Source: Candidatus Woesearchaeota archaeon (GTDB taxonomy: Archaea > Nanobdellota > Nanobdellia > Woesearchaeales > GW2011-AR4). Taken from it: 64,000 nt of DNA. Below the pieces are notes generated by a model. It saw only the letters and a program-made list of their open reading frames with translations. It searched no databases and was not told the DNA's origin. Position numbers and translations under genes: made by a program. The first letter of the stretch is position 1; each line of letters starts with the position of its first letter. This document shows positions 27,968-36,208 of this stretch, piece after piece. The stretch lies in NCBI GenBank assembly GCA_016187465.1, contig JACPJQ010000005.1, positions 163,183 through 227,182 on the forward strand, written 5' to 3'.

Positions 27968-27983
27968 CCACTACATATTGTGT
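27968..27983. promoter_or_regulatory. NrdR-box-like site 2 (ccaCTACATATTGtgt)
   Basis: Matches 14 of 16 positions of the NrdR consensus. Its centre is 32 bp from the centre of box 1, and it lies about 160 bp upstream of nrdJ. Confidence 0.5.
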
Positions 27984-28144
27984 TTTCGTTCCAGTAGTAA
28001 AAAGCGCGAAAATCATCAGTTTAATGTATAAATTGGGAGGCTTCGCGATATGGCAGAAAAGCGAAGCCGAGCACTAAAACTTGCCGAAGGCGTATTGAGA
28101 TATTAATTTAGAGGTAAGAAGTTATAAAATAAAGAGGTTTGAAA

Positions 28145-31135
28145 ATGCAGCAAAAGATTTCTAAGATAAGGAAGAGGGATGGAAGAATAGCAGATTTTGA
28201 CAAAGCAAAGATAACAAATGCTATCTTTAGGGCAGCCCACTCTGTAGGAGGCTCTGACAGGAAGATAGCGGAAGAGTTAAGCGACAAAGTTGTTGAGCAG
28301 CTCCTGAAATCCAACAAGGAAATTCCAAGTGTTGAGGAAATCCAGGACGCAGTTGAGCAGGTTCTTATAGAAAACGGCCATGCAAAGACAGCAAAGGCCT
28401 ACATCCTTTACAGGGCAAAGAGGGCAGAGTTAAGGCAGGCATTGGCAGAAGCGTCAAAAGGCGATGATTCTGAAAAGACAGTCCTGCTGCACATGTTTGC
28501 CCACAAAAGCAAGTTATCATCAAAAATCGGGTATGACAGGCTTGAGTCATACAAAAATCTTTTATTTCATCTTAAAGACATGCAAAAGTCAGGAGAACTG
28601 CCAACGCATCCGGATTATCTAAACAACACAGAGCTTGCAATCAATATTTACCAAAAGAAGTACTACCTAAAAGACCTTAACAACAAGATGATAGAGAAAA
28701 TGCCCGAAGACTTGTTCGCAAGATTGTCAGCATTCATAGCAGCTGTTGAATCTCCTGAAAAGCAGAATGAGTATGCTGAAAGGTTTTACAGGCTATTCTA
28801 TGACGGCCACTTCCTGCCGGGAGGGAGAGTAATAGCGGGGGCAGGGGACTTGTACAGACTGAAAACGCTGGCGAACTGCTTTGTCTCTTTAATAAGCGAA
28901 GACAATATCGAAAGCATATACAATTCAGCTTATGAATGCGCAAGAACATATTCATATGGAGGCGGCATAGGAGTTGACATCTCTGTTTTAAGGCCAAAGG
29001 ACAGCATTGTGCACAATGCAGCTGACTCTTCAACAGGCAGCGTATCATTCATGGAATTATTCTCATTGACCACGGGCTTGATAGGCCAATCAGGAAGAAG
29101 AGGGGCATTGATGCTGACAATTGATGTGAAGCATCCTGACAGCCCTGTTTTTGTTAATGTAAAAAAAATTCCCAACTGGGTCACGAGCCAGATAGTTGAG
29201 CAGTGCAAGTGGTCAGGCCAGTTCAACGAATCGCAATTAAAGGAAATCCAAAGGCAGGTAAGGGAGAACACTCAAGTAAGGTTTGCCAACATAAGCTTGA
29301 AAGTCTCTGATGAGTTCATGCAGGCTGTCGAAGAGCACAAAACTTACGGCTCTGAAAAAATACTTGTTTATGAAAAGGACAAATCCATTTCAAGCTTGGG
29401 GGTTCCGCAAACAGGCACTGTGCATTATTCTTTTGGAATTCCATCAAAGCCTATTGAGAAATACAGTTTGTTAGCTTCCTTTGACAATGCAGACGAGCTC
29501 AACAGGTTCCTCTCAAATAAGGGGGCAGAACAAATAAAAGAGATTGACTTAAGAAACCAAAGCTACAGGGATATGTTTGGCGACATTGTATTAAAGCAAA
29601 GTGATGATGAAAAAGAGTTGGCAATCAGATATGCAGGCGATTTCATGCTTTATTTTAATTCGCCTGAAACAGGGGAAATCAAAAGATTAGTGAAAGCCCA
29701 TGAATTATGGAACTCGTTCATTGACGGAAATTACAAGACAGCAGAGCCTGGATTGATATTCTGGACGACAATGGGCAAGTATTCACCTTCAAATTATGTA
29801 GGCAGGCAGATATCAAGCACAAATCCTTGTGCCGAGGTCCCACTTGAAGATGGAGGGGCGTGCAACCTAGGCTCAATCAATTTATCACGATTTGTTATTA
29901 ACGGCTACACTCATGATGCAAGGATTGACTGGAACGGCATAAAGGAAGCAACAATGCTGGCTATAAGATTCCTTGATAATGTGGTTACATGGAATGAAAC
30001 CTTAAACCCACTGGAAAAGCAGAGAAAGGCAGCTTATGAGACAAGAAGGCTCGGATTGGGGATAATGGGCATTGCCGACATGCTCAACCAGCTAGGTATT
30101 GGATATGATAGCGATGGAGCCTTGGAGATACTGGAAAAGGTTGCAAAGCTGTTTGCAAATTCCGCTTACCAAGCGTCTGCATTGCTTGCAGAAGAAAAAG
30201 GCTCTTCGCCGATTTTTGAGTATGAATCTTACAGCAGAGGGGCTTTTTTCAGGGAAGCGCTTGACGACGAAACAAAAGACATGATAAGAAACAAAGGCTT
30301 GAGGAATATTGCATTGCTTTCAATTGCCCCTACAGGCACAATCTCGAGCATTGTGCTTGGCTATTCACTAGGCAGCAAAAATTTCATAGGAGTAAGTGGG
30401 GGGGTAGAGCCGATATTTGCTTTGTACTATACGAGGCGCTCTGAAAGCTTCGGCAACCAGATGTTCAAGGTATTCCACTCAACAGTCGATGCCTACATCC
30501 AAAAATACAAGCTGCAAGACAAAGTGCAGAACACAAGGGATGTAGAGGACTTGAAACAAGTGCTGCCTGCGCATTTCTTCAGGACATCCCATTTCATAGA
30601 GCCAAGCAAGAGGGTGCTTATCCAAAGCTTGTGGCAGAGGTATATTGACCACAGCATTTCCTCAACAGTGAATTTGCCGCAGGATATTGAGCCTGAAGTT
30701 ATTTCAAGCATTTACTTTGACGCGTGGCGCAAAGGTATAAAAGGAATAACAGTTTATAGGGAAGGCTCCCGTTACCCGATTTTAAGCACAGAAGGCAAAA
30801 TTTCAGATTTTGACCTTGTAAAGACGAAGAAATTCATGATGCAGCTTAATGGCGAGGTTGTTGAGAAAAGCGGAGACGACATTATAATGCTGCCAAACAA
30901 CAAGCTTACAACTGTGTATCATGCATTGAAATACAAGATGCTTCACAAGGAAGGAGAATATTACAAGCTCGGCATGATTGTTACAACTGTAGCAAATGAA
31001 AGCAGCAAGACTGTGCTTGCAACGGAGCTTGAGCTAAGCGATTGCCCTGCATGCAAGCAAAAAACTTTGAAAATGGAAGGAGGGTGCAGCGCCTGCGTCA
31101 ATGAGGAATGCGGGTTTGGTGAATGCAGCACTTAA
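28145..31135 (+). CDS. nrdJ: Class II (adenosylcobalamin-dependent) ribonucleotide reductase with N-terminal ATP-cone and C-terminal Cys-rich zinc finger
   Basis: ATP-cone (KIRKRDGRIADFDKAKITNAI...EEIQDAVEQVLIENGHAKTAKAYILYRAKR). Active-site STNPCAEVPLEDGGACNLGSINLS. Also IKGITVYREGS and a C-terminal CPACKQKTLKMEGGCSACVNEECGFGEC. The track start at TTG 28139 is replaced by ATG 28145, which lies 7 nt after AAAGAGG. Confidence 0.95.
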   Translation: MQQKISKIRKRDGRIADFDKAKITNAIFRAAHSVGGSDRKIAEELSDKVVEQLLKSNKEIPSVEEIQDAVEQVLIENGHAKTAKAYILYRAKRAELRQALAEASKGDDSEKTVLLHMFAHKSKLSSKIGYDRLESYKNLLFHLKDMQKSGELPTHPDYLNNTELAINIYQKKYYLKDLNNKMIEKMPEDLFARLSAFIAAVESPEKQNEYAERFYRLFYDGHFLPGGRVIAGAGDLYRLKTLANCFVSLISEDNIESIYNSAYECARTYSYGGGIGVDISVLRPKDSIVHNAADSSTGSVSFMELFSLTTGLIGQSGRRGALMLTIDVKHPDSPVFVNVKKIPNWVTSQIVEQCKWSGQFNESQLKEIQRQVRENTQVRFANISLKVSDEFMQAVEEHKTYGSEKILVYEKDKSISSLGVPQTGTVHYSFGIPSKPIEKYSLLASFDNADELNRFLSNKGAEQIKEIDLRNQSYRDMFGDIVLKQSDDEKELAIRYAGDFMLYFNSPETGEIKRLVKAHELWNSFIDGNYKTAEPGLIFWTTMGKYSPSNYVGRQISSTNPCAEVPLEDGGACNLGSINLSRFVINGYTHDARIDWNGIKEATMLAIRFLDNVVTWNETLNPLEKQRKAAYETRRLGLGIMGIADMLNQLGIGYDSDGALEILEKVAKLFANSAYQASALLAEEKGSSPIFEYESYSRGAFFREALDDETKDMIRNKGLRNIALLSIAPTGTISSIVLGYSLGSKNFIGVSGGVEPIFALYYTRRSESFGNQMFKVFHSTVDAYIQKYKLQDKVQNTRDVEDLKQVLPAHFFRTSHFIEPSKRVLIQSLWQRYIDHSISSTVNLPQDIEPEVISSIYFDAWRKGIKGITVYREGSRYPILSTEGKISDFDLVKTKKFMMQLNGEVVEKSGDDIIMLPNNKLTTVYHALKYKMLHKEGEYYKLGMIVTTVANESSKTVLATELELSDCPACKQKTLKMEGGCSACVNEECGFGECST

Positions 31136-31139
31136 CAAA

Positions 31140-31256
31140 ATGGAAGCTCAAAAACAACGACCAAAGCCAAAAAATTGTCCTGAGTGCGGCACAGCCCTAA
31201 AAGAGAAGGACGGCTGTTTTGATTGCCCGAAATGCGGTTGGGGCATCTGCATGTAA
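31140..31256 (+). CDS. Stand-alone 38-aa zinc-finger peptide homologous to the nrdJ C-terminal finger
   Basis: My translation is MEAQKQRPKPKNCPECGTALKEKDGCFDCPKCGWGICM*. It starts 4 nt after the nrdJ stop. Its Cys pattern CP.C....L....GC..C...CG.G.C aligns with the last 28 residues of nrdJ. Confidence 0.5.
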   Translation: MEAQKQRPKPKNCPECGTALKEKDGCFDCPKCGWGICM

Positions 31257-31361
31257 TTTCTTTTTTTTGTTTAATCTCTAAAAAAAGGTGGTTTAATGTT
31301 GGATATGATAACCATAGGCATATTTATGAAAAGTATACGATTAAAAAATTTTAAATAAAAA

Positions 31362-31973
31362 ATGGCATTGACAAAATTAAGAAATACAATCAAAGTAAGG
31401 GGGGATGACAGCAGGGAGAACCTTGGGCTAGTGCATGTCGTCACAGGAGACGGGAAGGGCAAAACAACATCTTCTCTTGGATTAGCTATGCGCGCAATGG
31501 GCAACAACTTGAGAGTTTACATGATTCAATTCCTGAAAAGCGGAGTTACTGGCGAGATTTATTCCGCAAAGAAGCTTGGCTTTATTATAGAGCAGTTTGG
31601 TGTTGATGCCCTAAAGGAGAAACAGAAGCACTTGCAGGAATTTTCAGACAAGACAGGAGCTTTTGTCTTCAACCCTGACATAAAGGAAAAGGAAGCCGCA
31701 ATTCAGGGCTGGGAGCATGCCAAAAAAATCATCAAAAGCGGAGAATATGATGTTGTCATCTTGGACGAAATAAACTGCGTGCTTGAGAAAGGGCTTGTGC
31801 CGTTGCAGGAAGTTCTTGGGATTGTAAAAGAGCATGGAAAGGTTGAGCTGATTTTCACAGGAAGAGATGCCCCGAAAGAGCTGATGGAAGCTGCAGATTA
31901 TGTTAATATAATTAATTTCGTCAAGCATCCATGGCAGAAAGGGATTGTTGCTAGAAAGGGGATTGAGTATTGA
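31362..31973 (+). CDS. cobO: Cob(I)alamin adenosyltransferase, CobA/CobO/BtuR type
   Basis: 203 aa. P-loop VVTGDGKGKTTSSLGLAMRA, then DVVILDEINCVLEKGL and FTGRDAPKELMEAADYV....KHPWQKGIVARKGIEY. Confidence 0.9.
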   Translation: MALTKLRNTIKVRGDDSRENLGLVHVVTGDGKGKTTSSLGLAMRAMGNNLRVYMIQFLKSGVTGEIYSAKKLGFIIEQFGVDALKEKQKHLQEFSDKTGAFVFNPDIKEKEAAIQGWEHAKKIIKSGEYDVVILDEINCVLEKGLVPLQEVLGIVKEHGKVELIFTGRDAPKELMEAADYVNIINFVKHPWQKGIVARKGIEY

Positions 31974-31974
31974 A

Positions 31975-32649
31975 ATGTCTAAAGGAGTAGATGCAGAAAA
32001 GGAACTTATTAAGGAAACAACAGCTTACTTAAAAAATCATAAACCGTCTAAATATGATATCCAACTAAAAAAAGAATGGGAAAAAATAACTAAGCATGTC
32101 TGTAAACCATGTTGGGAATTAAAATATTGTCCTTATGGACCTCTTGTAGAACAATTTCCTCTTCTTGGACCTACAAGAGAGGAAGCCATAGAACATAATA
32201 AATTTTTAAAAGAACAATTGGCTAATAAGGGATACGCGGGTTGGAGAAAAATTTTATTTGAAAAAGAAGTTAAGGAATTTAATCACAATAAGTATCCTAA
32301 AAAACATCCTAAAGAACTGATTGAAAAATGCTGTTCAGTTTTTGGTCATATTTGTCCTGTTTTTTTTATAAATGAACCATTTACCGAGACTACTGAAACT
32401 AGAAGTATCTCCAGATATATTCCAAGAGAAGTTATGTTAAAAGTTGTTAGACGTGATAATCACACTTGTCAAGAATGCGGTAAAAATTTGTTAGATAATG
32501 AGCTAGAATTTCACCATAAGATTCCAGTAGCAAAAGGTGGTAGTACCAACGAAAATAATATAACTTTATTTTGTCGTGATTGCAATAGGAAAACAAGTTC
32601 AAAATTACCTAAAAATTTCCTTGATAAAGAAGCTTATTCAAGATTTTAA
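31975..32649 (+). CDS. HNH endonuclease-domain protein with Cys-rich N-terminal region
   Basis: C-terminal RRDNHTCQECGKNL....LEFHHKIPVAKGGSTNENNITLFCRDCNRK (HNH). I chose the ATG at 31975 (MSKGVDAEK) over the track start at 31945, which overlaps cobO. Confidence 0.8.
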   Translation: MSKGVDAEKELIKETTAYLKNHKPSKYDIQLKKEWEKITKHVCKPCWELKYCPYGPLVEQFPLLGPTREEAIEHNKFLKEQLANKGYAGWRKILFEKEVKEFNHNKYPKKHPKELIEKCCSVFGHICPVFFINEPFTETTETRSISRYIPREVMLKVVRRDNHTCQECGKNLLDNELEFHHKIPVAKGGSTNENNITLFCRDCNRKTSSKLPKNFLDKEAYSRF

Positions 32650-32689
32650 ACCAGCTGCCCAATTATCCTCGCCATCTTGAAATCTTTGT
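32646..32689. repeat. Direct repeat copy 1: a duplicated fragment of the 3' end of the PCD gene
   Basis: 41 of 44 nt are identical to 33273-33316, including an exact 28-mer ATTATCCTCGCCATCTTGAAATCTTTGT at 32662-32689. On the minus strand it would encode ..KDFKMARIIGQLV*. Confidence 0.85.
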
Positions 32690-32707
32690 ATTTTAAATTC
32701 TGCCAAA

Positions 32708-32944
32708 TTACGCATGCTTAAGCTCTATAGCTATTGGTAACTGAAATTTTTTTATTGTTTTTAATTTGTCAAATCTTTTAGAGAAATTTAGAATAGAGAA
32801 ACCTATAACTTTTCCTGTTTTAGCTTCTACTCTCTCAAGCATGTCATTATCCAGTTCTTTAAAAAAACCTTTTACAGGTTTGCCTACAGTTATCTCCAAA
32901 AAATCCCCTTCCTTGTCAAACCATATATTCAGCTTTTTGTCCAT
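32708..32944 (-). CDS. DUF2283 (YuzE-like) small protein, putative antitoxin
   Basis: 78 aa: MDKKLNIWFDKEGDFLEITVG...TGKVIGFSILNFS, the typical DUF2283 pattern. Overlaps the upstream partner by 16 nt. Confidence 0.7.
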   Translation of the reverse strand: MDKKLNIWFDKEGDFLEITVGKPVKGFFKELDNDMLERVEAKTGKVIGFSILNFSKRFDKLKTIKKFQLPIAIELKHA

Positions 32945-33234
32945 ATAATTTCACCTTTCTTGATTCTGTCTGTAAAGTAAGCGGATATTATAAAACTTTT
33001 GCTATTGTTTACAACAACTGCCAGATACTTACTTGTTACAGGTGTTTTTTGGTAATGTTTGTAGTATATTATCACGTTTTCGTCTGACACACTTCTTTTT
33101 ATTAATTCTGGCTTAGCTAAGGTTTCTTCTATTTTAGTTTCTTGATTCGGCATCTCTAACCGATTCAAAATATGACTTTTTCTATCTTCGCTCAATGATA
33201 TTTTTCTTTTAAATAAGTCGGTAAAAGTCTGCAT
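32929..33234 (-). CDS. Small protein paired with DUF2283, putative toxin (DUF4258-like)
   Basis: 101 aa, paralog of 51859-52071 (shared ETL..P..I.RS..D.NV...YK...KY..VV....FII..Y.TDRIK.GE). The family name is tentative. Confidence 0.55.
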   Translation of the reverse strand: MQTFTDLFKRKISLSEDRKSHILNRLEMPNQETKIEETLAKPELIKRSVSDENVIIYYKHYQKTPVTSKYLAVVVNNSKSFIISAYFTDRIKKGEIIWTKS

Positions 33235-33272
33235 GTAAAAGTCTGGTTTTGATAGTTATAAATAATTATCGG

Positions 33273-33316
33273 TTAAACCATCTGCTCGATTATCCTCGCC
33301 ATCTTGAAATCTTTGT
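33273..33316. repeat. Direct repeat copy 2 (the genuine 3' end of the PCD gene)
   Basis: See copy 1; the exact 28-mer is at 33289-33316. Confidence 0.85.
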
Positions 33317-33551
33317 GGGTCACTCCGCCTTCGTCATGCGTTGTCAAAGTTATTGTCACTTTATTGTTTCTTATCATGATTTCAGGATAATGATATTGAT
33401 GCAAGGATTCCTCTCCAACCTTTTGCACGAATTCCATTGCTTCCTTGAAATCCTTAAAGCTGAACTCTTTCGTTATTTCATGGCCTACAAGGTCCCAGTC
33501 TTTCAGCTCTTCCAGCCTGTCGTGAATTTCTTTGATGGATAAATGCTCCAT
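33273..33551 (-). CDS. Pterin-4a-carbinolamine dehydratase (PCD/DCoH)
   Basis: 92 aa from ATG 33551: MEHLSIKEIHDRLEELKDWDLVG..ITKEFSFKDFKEAMEFVQKVGEESLHQYHYPEIMIRNNKVTITLTTHDEGGVTHKDFKMARIIE. The 147-aa track version adds a hydrophobic, non-conserved leader. Confidence 0.85.
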   Translation of the reverse strand: MEHLSIKEIHDRLEELKDWDLVGHEITKEFSFKDFKEAMEFVQKVGEESLHQYHYPEIMIRNNKVTITLTTHDEGGVTHKDFKMARIIEQMV

Positions 33552-33646
33552 AATCTGTATTAATTGTTTGAGTTTATATAAAGTTTTTGATAGGGGTAAA
33601 TTAAAAACGATATGTTTATATATAATTAGATTATACCTAAGAATGG

Positions 33647-33880
33647 GTGATGAAAATGGAGCAATTTGAAGCCGTAACAAAGAAATGGGGAAACTCGTTA
33701 GGTATAACAATACCATCAGAGATAATTAAAGAAGAGAATATTAAGCCAAAAGATAAGATTACAGTATTAGTTTTTAAAGATTACAGTAAAAAACTCAAAA
33801 AAATGTTTGGAACTTTGAAACTAAAAAAACCAACACAAAGGGTCATGGAAGAGATTGATGAAGGCTACGACGAGCACTAA
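33647..33880 (+). CDS. vapB: AbrB/SpoVT-type antitoxin (VapB-like)
   Basis: 77 aa. KKWGNSLGITIPSEIIKEENIKPKDKITVLV is a swapped-hairpin AbrB-like motif. Overlaps the PIN gene. Confidence 0.75.
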   Translation: MMKMEQFEAVTKKWGNSLGITIPSEIIKEENIKPKDKITVLVFKDYSKKLKKMFGTLKLKKPTQRVMEEIDEGYDEH

Positions 33881-34328
33881 GTATGAAATGTTGGCGACGG
33901 AAAGGACTCCAAGTCATAGCACTGGATATCCAAAAGAGATATCAATAGAAGTTGAGTCAAATAAAAAAGTTTTTTTCTGCGACACCTATGCACTAATAGA
34001 GTTAATTGGCGGAAATAAGGATTATAAGGAGTACTCAAACCACATTCTAGTAACCTCAGATTTTAATCTAATGGAGTTATATTATTCGCTTCTGAAAGAT
34101 TACGGAAAAGAAGCCGCAGAACGTTATTTTGAAGAATGGGAAGAATTTGGAGTTGAGATCCCAAGATACATAATAAAGAAGTGTATGGAAATAAAGCTTG
34201 CAAACAAAAAAGAAAAGCTTAGTTATGTCGATTGTATAGGTTATGCATATGCTTTGGAAACTAACATATTTTTCCTAACTGGCGATTCAAAATTTAAGAA
34301 TAAAATAGGAGTTGAATTTGTGAAATAA
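33855..34328 (+). CDS. vapC: PIN-domain nuclease (VapC-like toxin)
   Basis: VFFCDTYALIEL, LSYVDCIGYAYA and FFLTGDSKF supply the conserved acidic positions. The true start may be an internal Met. Confidence 0.72.
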   Translation: MMKATTSTKYEMLATERTPSHSTGYPKEISIEVESNKKVFFCDTYALIELIGGNKDYKEYSNHILVTSDFNLMELYYSLLKDYGKEAAERYFEEWEEFGVEIPRYIIKKCMEIKLANKKEKLSYVDCIGYAYALETNIFFLTGDSKFKNKIGVEFVK

Positions 34329-34329
34329 A

Positions 34330-36084
34330 ATGCCCAGACTAAATCTGTCAAAAAACGCATTGCTGATACTTGAGCAGCGCTACTTAAAAAGAGACAAAAA
34401 AGGCAAAGTGATTGAAAAGCCAGAAGAGTTGTTCAGGAGAGTAGCTAAAAATTTAGCCCAATCAGATGCAAATTATAAGCATAGCAAAAACAATGTTAAA
34501 AGGACAGAACAGGAATTCTACAATTTGATGGCTTCTTTGGATTTTCTGCCGAATTCTCCGACTTTACTAAATGCAGGAAGAAAACTGCAGCAGCTGGCAG
34601 CATGTTTTGTGCTCCCTATTGAAGATGACATAAGCTCAATATTCAAGACGCTGCATGACTCTGCACTGATTCACAGGACAGGGGCAGGCACTGGCTTCAA
34701 TTTCTCAAAGCTAAGGCCGAAAGGCGACATTATAGAAAGCGCTGGATTCACCTCAGGTCCCGTGTCATTCATGAAGATTTTTGACGCGGCGACAGAGCAG
34801 ATAAAGCTTGGCGGAAATTTAAGAGGGGCCAACATGGGCATTTTAAATATTGACCATCCTGACATTGAAGAGTTTATAAGAGTCAAGAGCAGGGAAAATG
34901 TATTGACAAATTTCAATGTTTCAGTTGCGATAACTGGCAATTTCATGGAAGCTGTGAACAATAACAAAGATTACAGTCTGGTAAGCCCGCGCACAAAAAA
35001 AAATGTGAAAAAAGAAAGCGCAAGAAGGATATTCGGGCTGATTTGCGAGCAGGCATGGCTGAATGGTGACCCCGGAGTCATATTTATAGATAGGATTAAT
35101 GAATTCAATCCGACTCCAAAGCTTGGAGTGATAGAATCTACAGACAGTTGCGGCGAGCAGCCATTATTGCCTTATGAGTCGTGCAATCTTGGAAGCGTTA
35201 ACTTATCAAATATGGTTAAAAATAAAAGGATAGATTTTGAGAAATTAAAAAAGACAATCCACACAGCAATCCATTTTCTTGATAATGTGATTGATATGTG
35301 CAGCTATCCTTTGGAAGAAAACAGAAAAATTGTTGATAAAAACAGGAAGATTGGACTTGGAATAATGGGGTTCGCGGATATGTTGGTTAAGCTGGACATT
35401 GCTTATGATTCTGAAGAGGGCTTGAAAAAAGCGGAAGAGGTTATGAAATTCATTTCAAAGGAAGCTGATAAAGCATCAGCAGAACTTGTAGAAAAAAGAG
35501 GCGCATTTCCTTCTTGGGCAATAAGCATTTACAACGACAAAAGTAAAGGAGAGAGGCTAAGGAATGCAACAAGAACAACAATTGCTCCAACCGGCACAAT
35601 CAGCATAATTGCAGATGTATCAAGCGGCATAGAGCCTTTGTTTGCATTAAGCTATTCCAGAAGAACTTTGGAGGGCAAAACACTGGTTTATTTTGACAAG
35701 AACCTGAAGAGGGCATTGATGGAGAACAGGTTGTATAATGATGAGATTATAGAAAGAATAACAAGAGAAGGCTCGATAAAGAACATCGAAGAAATACCTG
35801 AAGAAATAAGAAAGATATTCGTTGTAGGCTCCGACATAGCGCCTGAGTGGCATGTGAGAATGCAGGCCGCCTTCCAGAAATACGTCGATAATGGAATATC
35901 AAAAACAGTAACATTGCCCAAAGACGCAACTGTCGAGGACGTTGAAAAGATATTTTTGATGGCTTTCGAGCTTGGCTGCAAGGGAATTTCTGTATACAGG
36001 TACGGCTCCAGGGAAGGCCAGGTGATTTACTTAAGCTCCAGAAGGGATGAGCAGATTACCTTGAGCAATTTTCTGAAGAAGTAA
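34330..36084 (+). CDS. nrdJ: Class II (B12-dependent) ribonucleotide reductase, short form without ATP-cone or C-terminal zinc finger
   Basis: 584 aa. NALLILEQRYLKRD, AACFVLPIEDD, TDSCGEQPLLPYESCNLGSVNLS, APTGTISIIADVSSGIEP, CKGISVYRYGS. The protein ends 22 residues after the last motif. Confidence 0.93.
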   Translation: MPRLNLSKNALLILEQRYLKRDKKGKVIEKPEELFRRVAKNLAQSDANYKHSKNNVKRTEQEFYNLMASLDFLPNSPTLLNAGRKLQQLAACFVLPIEDDISSIFKTLHDSALIHRTGAGTGFNFSKLRPKGDIIESAGFTSGPVSFMKIFDAATEQIKLGGNLRGANMGILNIDHPDIEEFIRVKSRENVLTNFNVSVAITGNFMEAVNNNKDYSLVSPRTKKNVKKESARRIFGLICEQAWLNGDPGVIFIDRINEFNPTPKLGVIESTDSCGEQPLLPYESCNLGSVNLSNMVKNKRIDFEKLKKTIHTAIHFLDNVIDMCSYPLEENRKIVDKNRKIGLGIMGFADMLVKLDIAYDSEEGLKKAEEVMKFISKEADKASAELVEKRGAFPSWAISIYNDKSKGERLRNATRTTIAPTGTISIIADVSSGIEPLFALSYSRRTLEGKTLVYFDKNLKRALMENRLYNDEIIERITREGSIKNIEEIPEEIRKIFVVGSDIAPEWHVRMQAAFQKYVDNGISKTVTLPKDATVEDVEKIFLMAFELGCKGISVYRYGSREGQVIYLSSRRDEQITLSNFLKK

Positions 36085-36208
36085 ATTTTTATTTTTAAAG
36101 ATTTAATGATAGAAGATTGCAATGCGCTAGGAAAGAAGCAAGTGAGGTAACAAAAACATTAATTTCATATTCAAAAAAACAACACAAATCAGACAATGAA
36201 AAAATAAA

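Noticed and set aside
28039-28068. Stem-loop in the nrdJ leader considered as a cobalamin riboswitch
   Set aside because: It is a single 8-bp hairpin with no B12-box-like sequence that I can see. The roughly 200 nt available shows none of the multi-helix architecture.
33552-33716. N-terminal 55-codon extension of the PCD ORF (147-aa track version)
   Set aside because: The extension is hydrophobic, is not part of the PCD fold and overlaps the promoter region of the divergent vapB. The internal ATG at 33551 gives a protein of canonical length.
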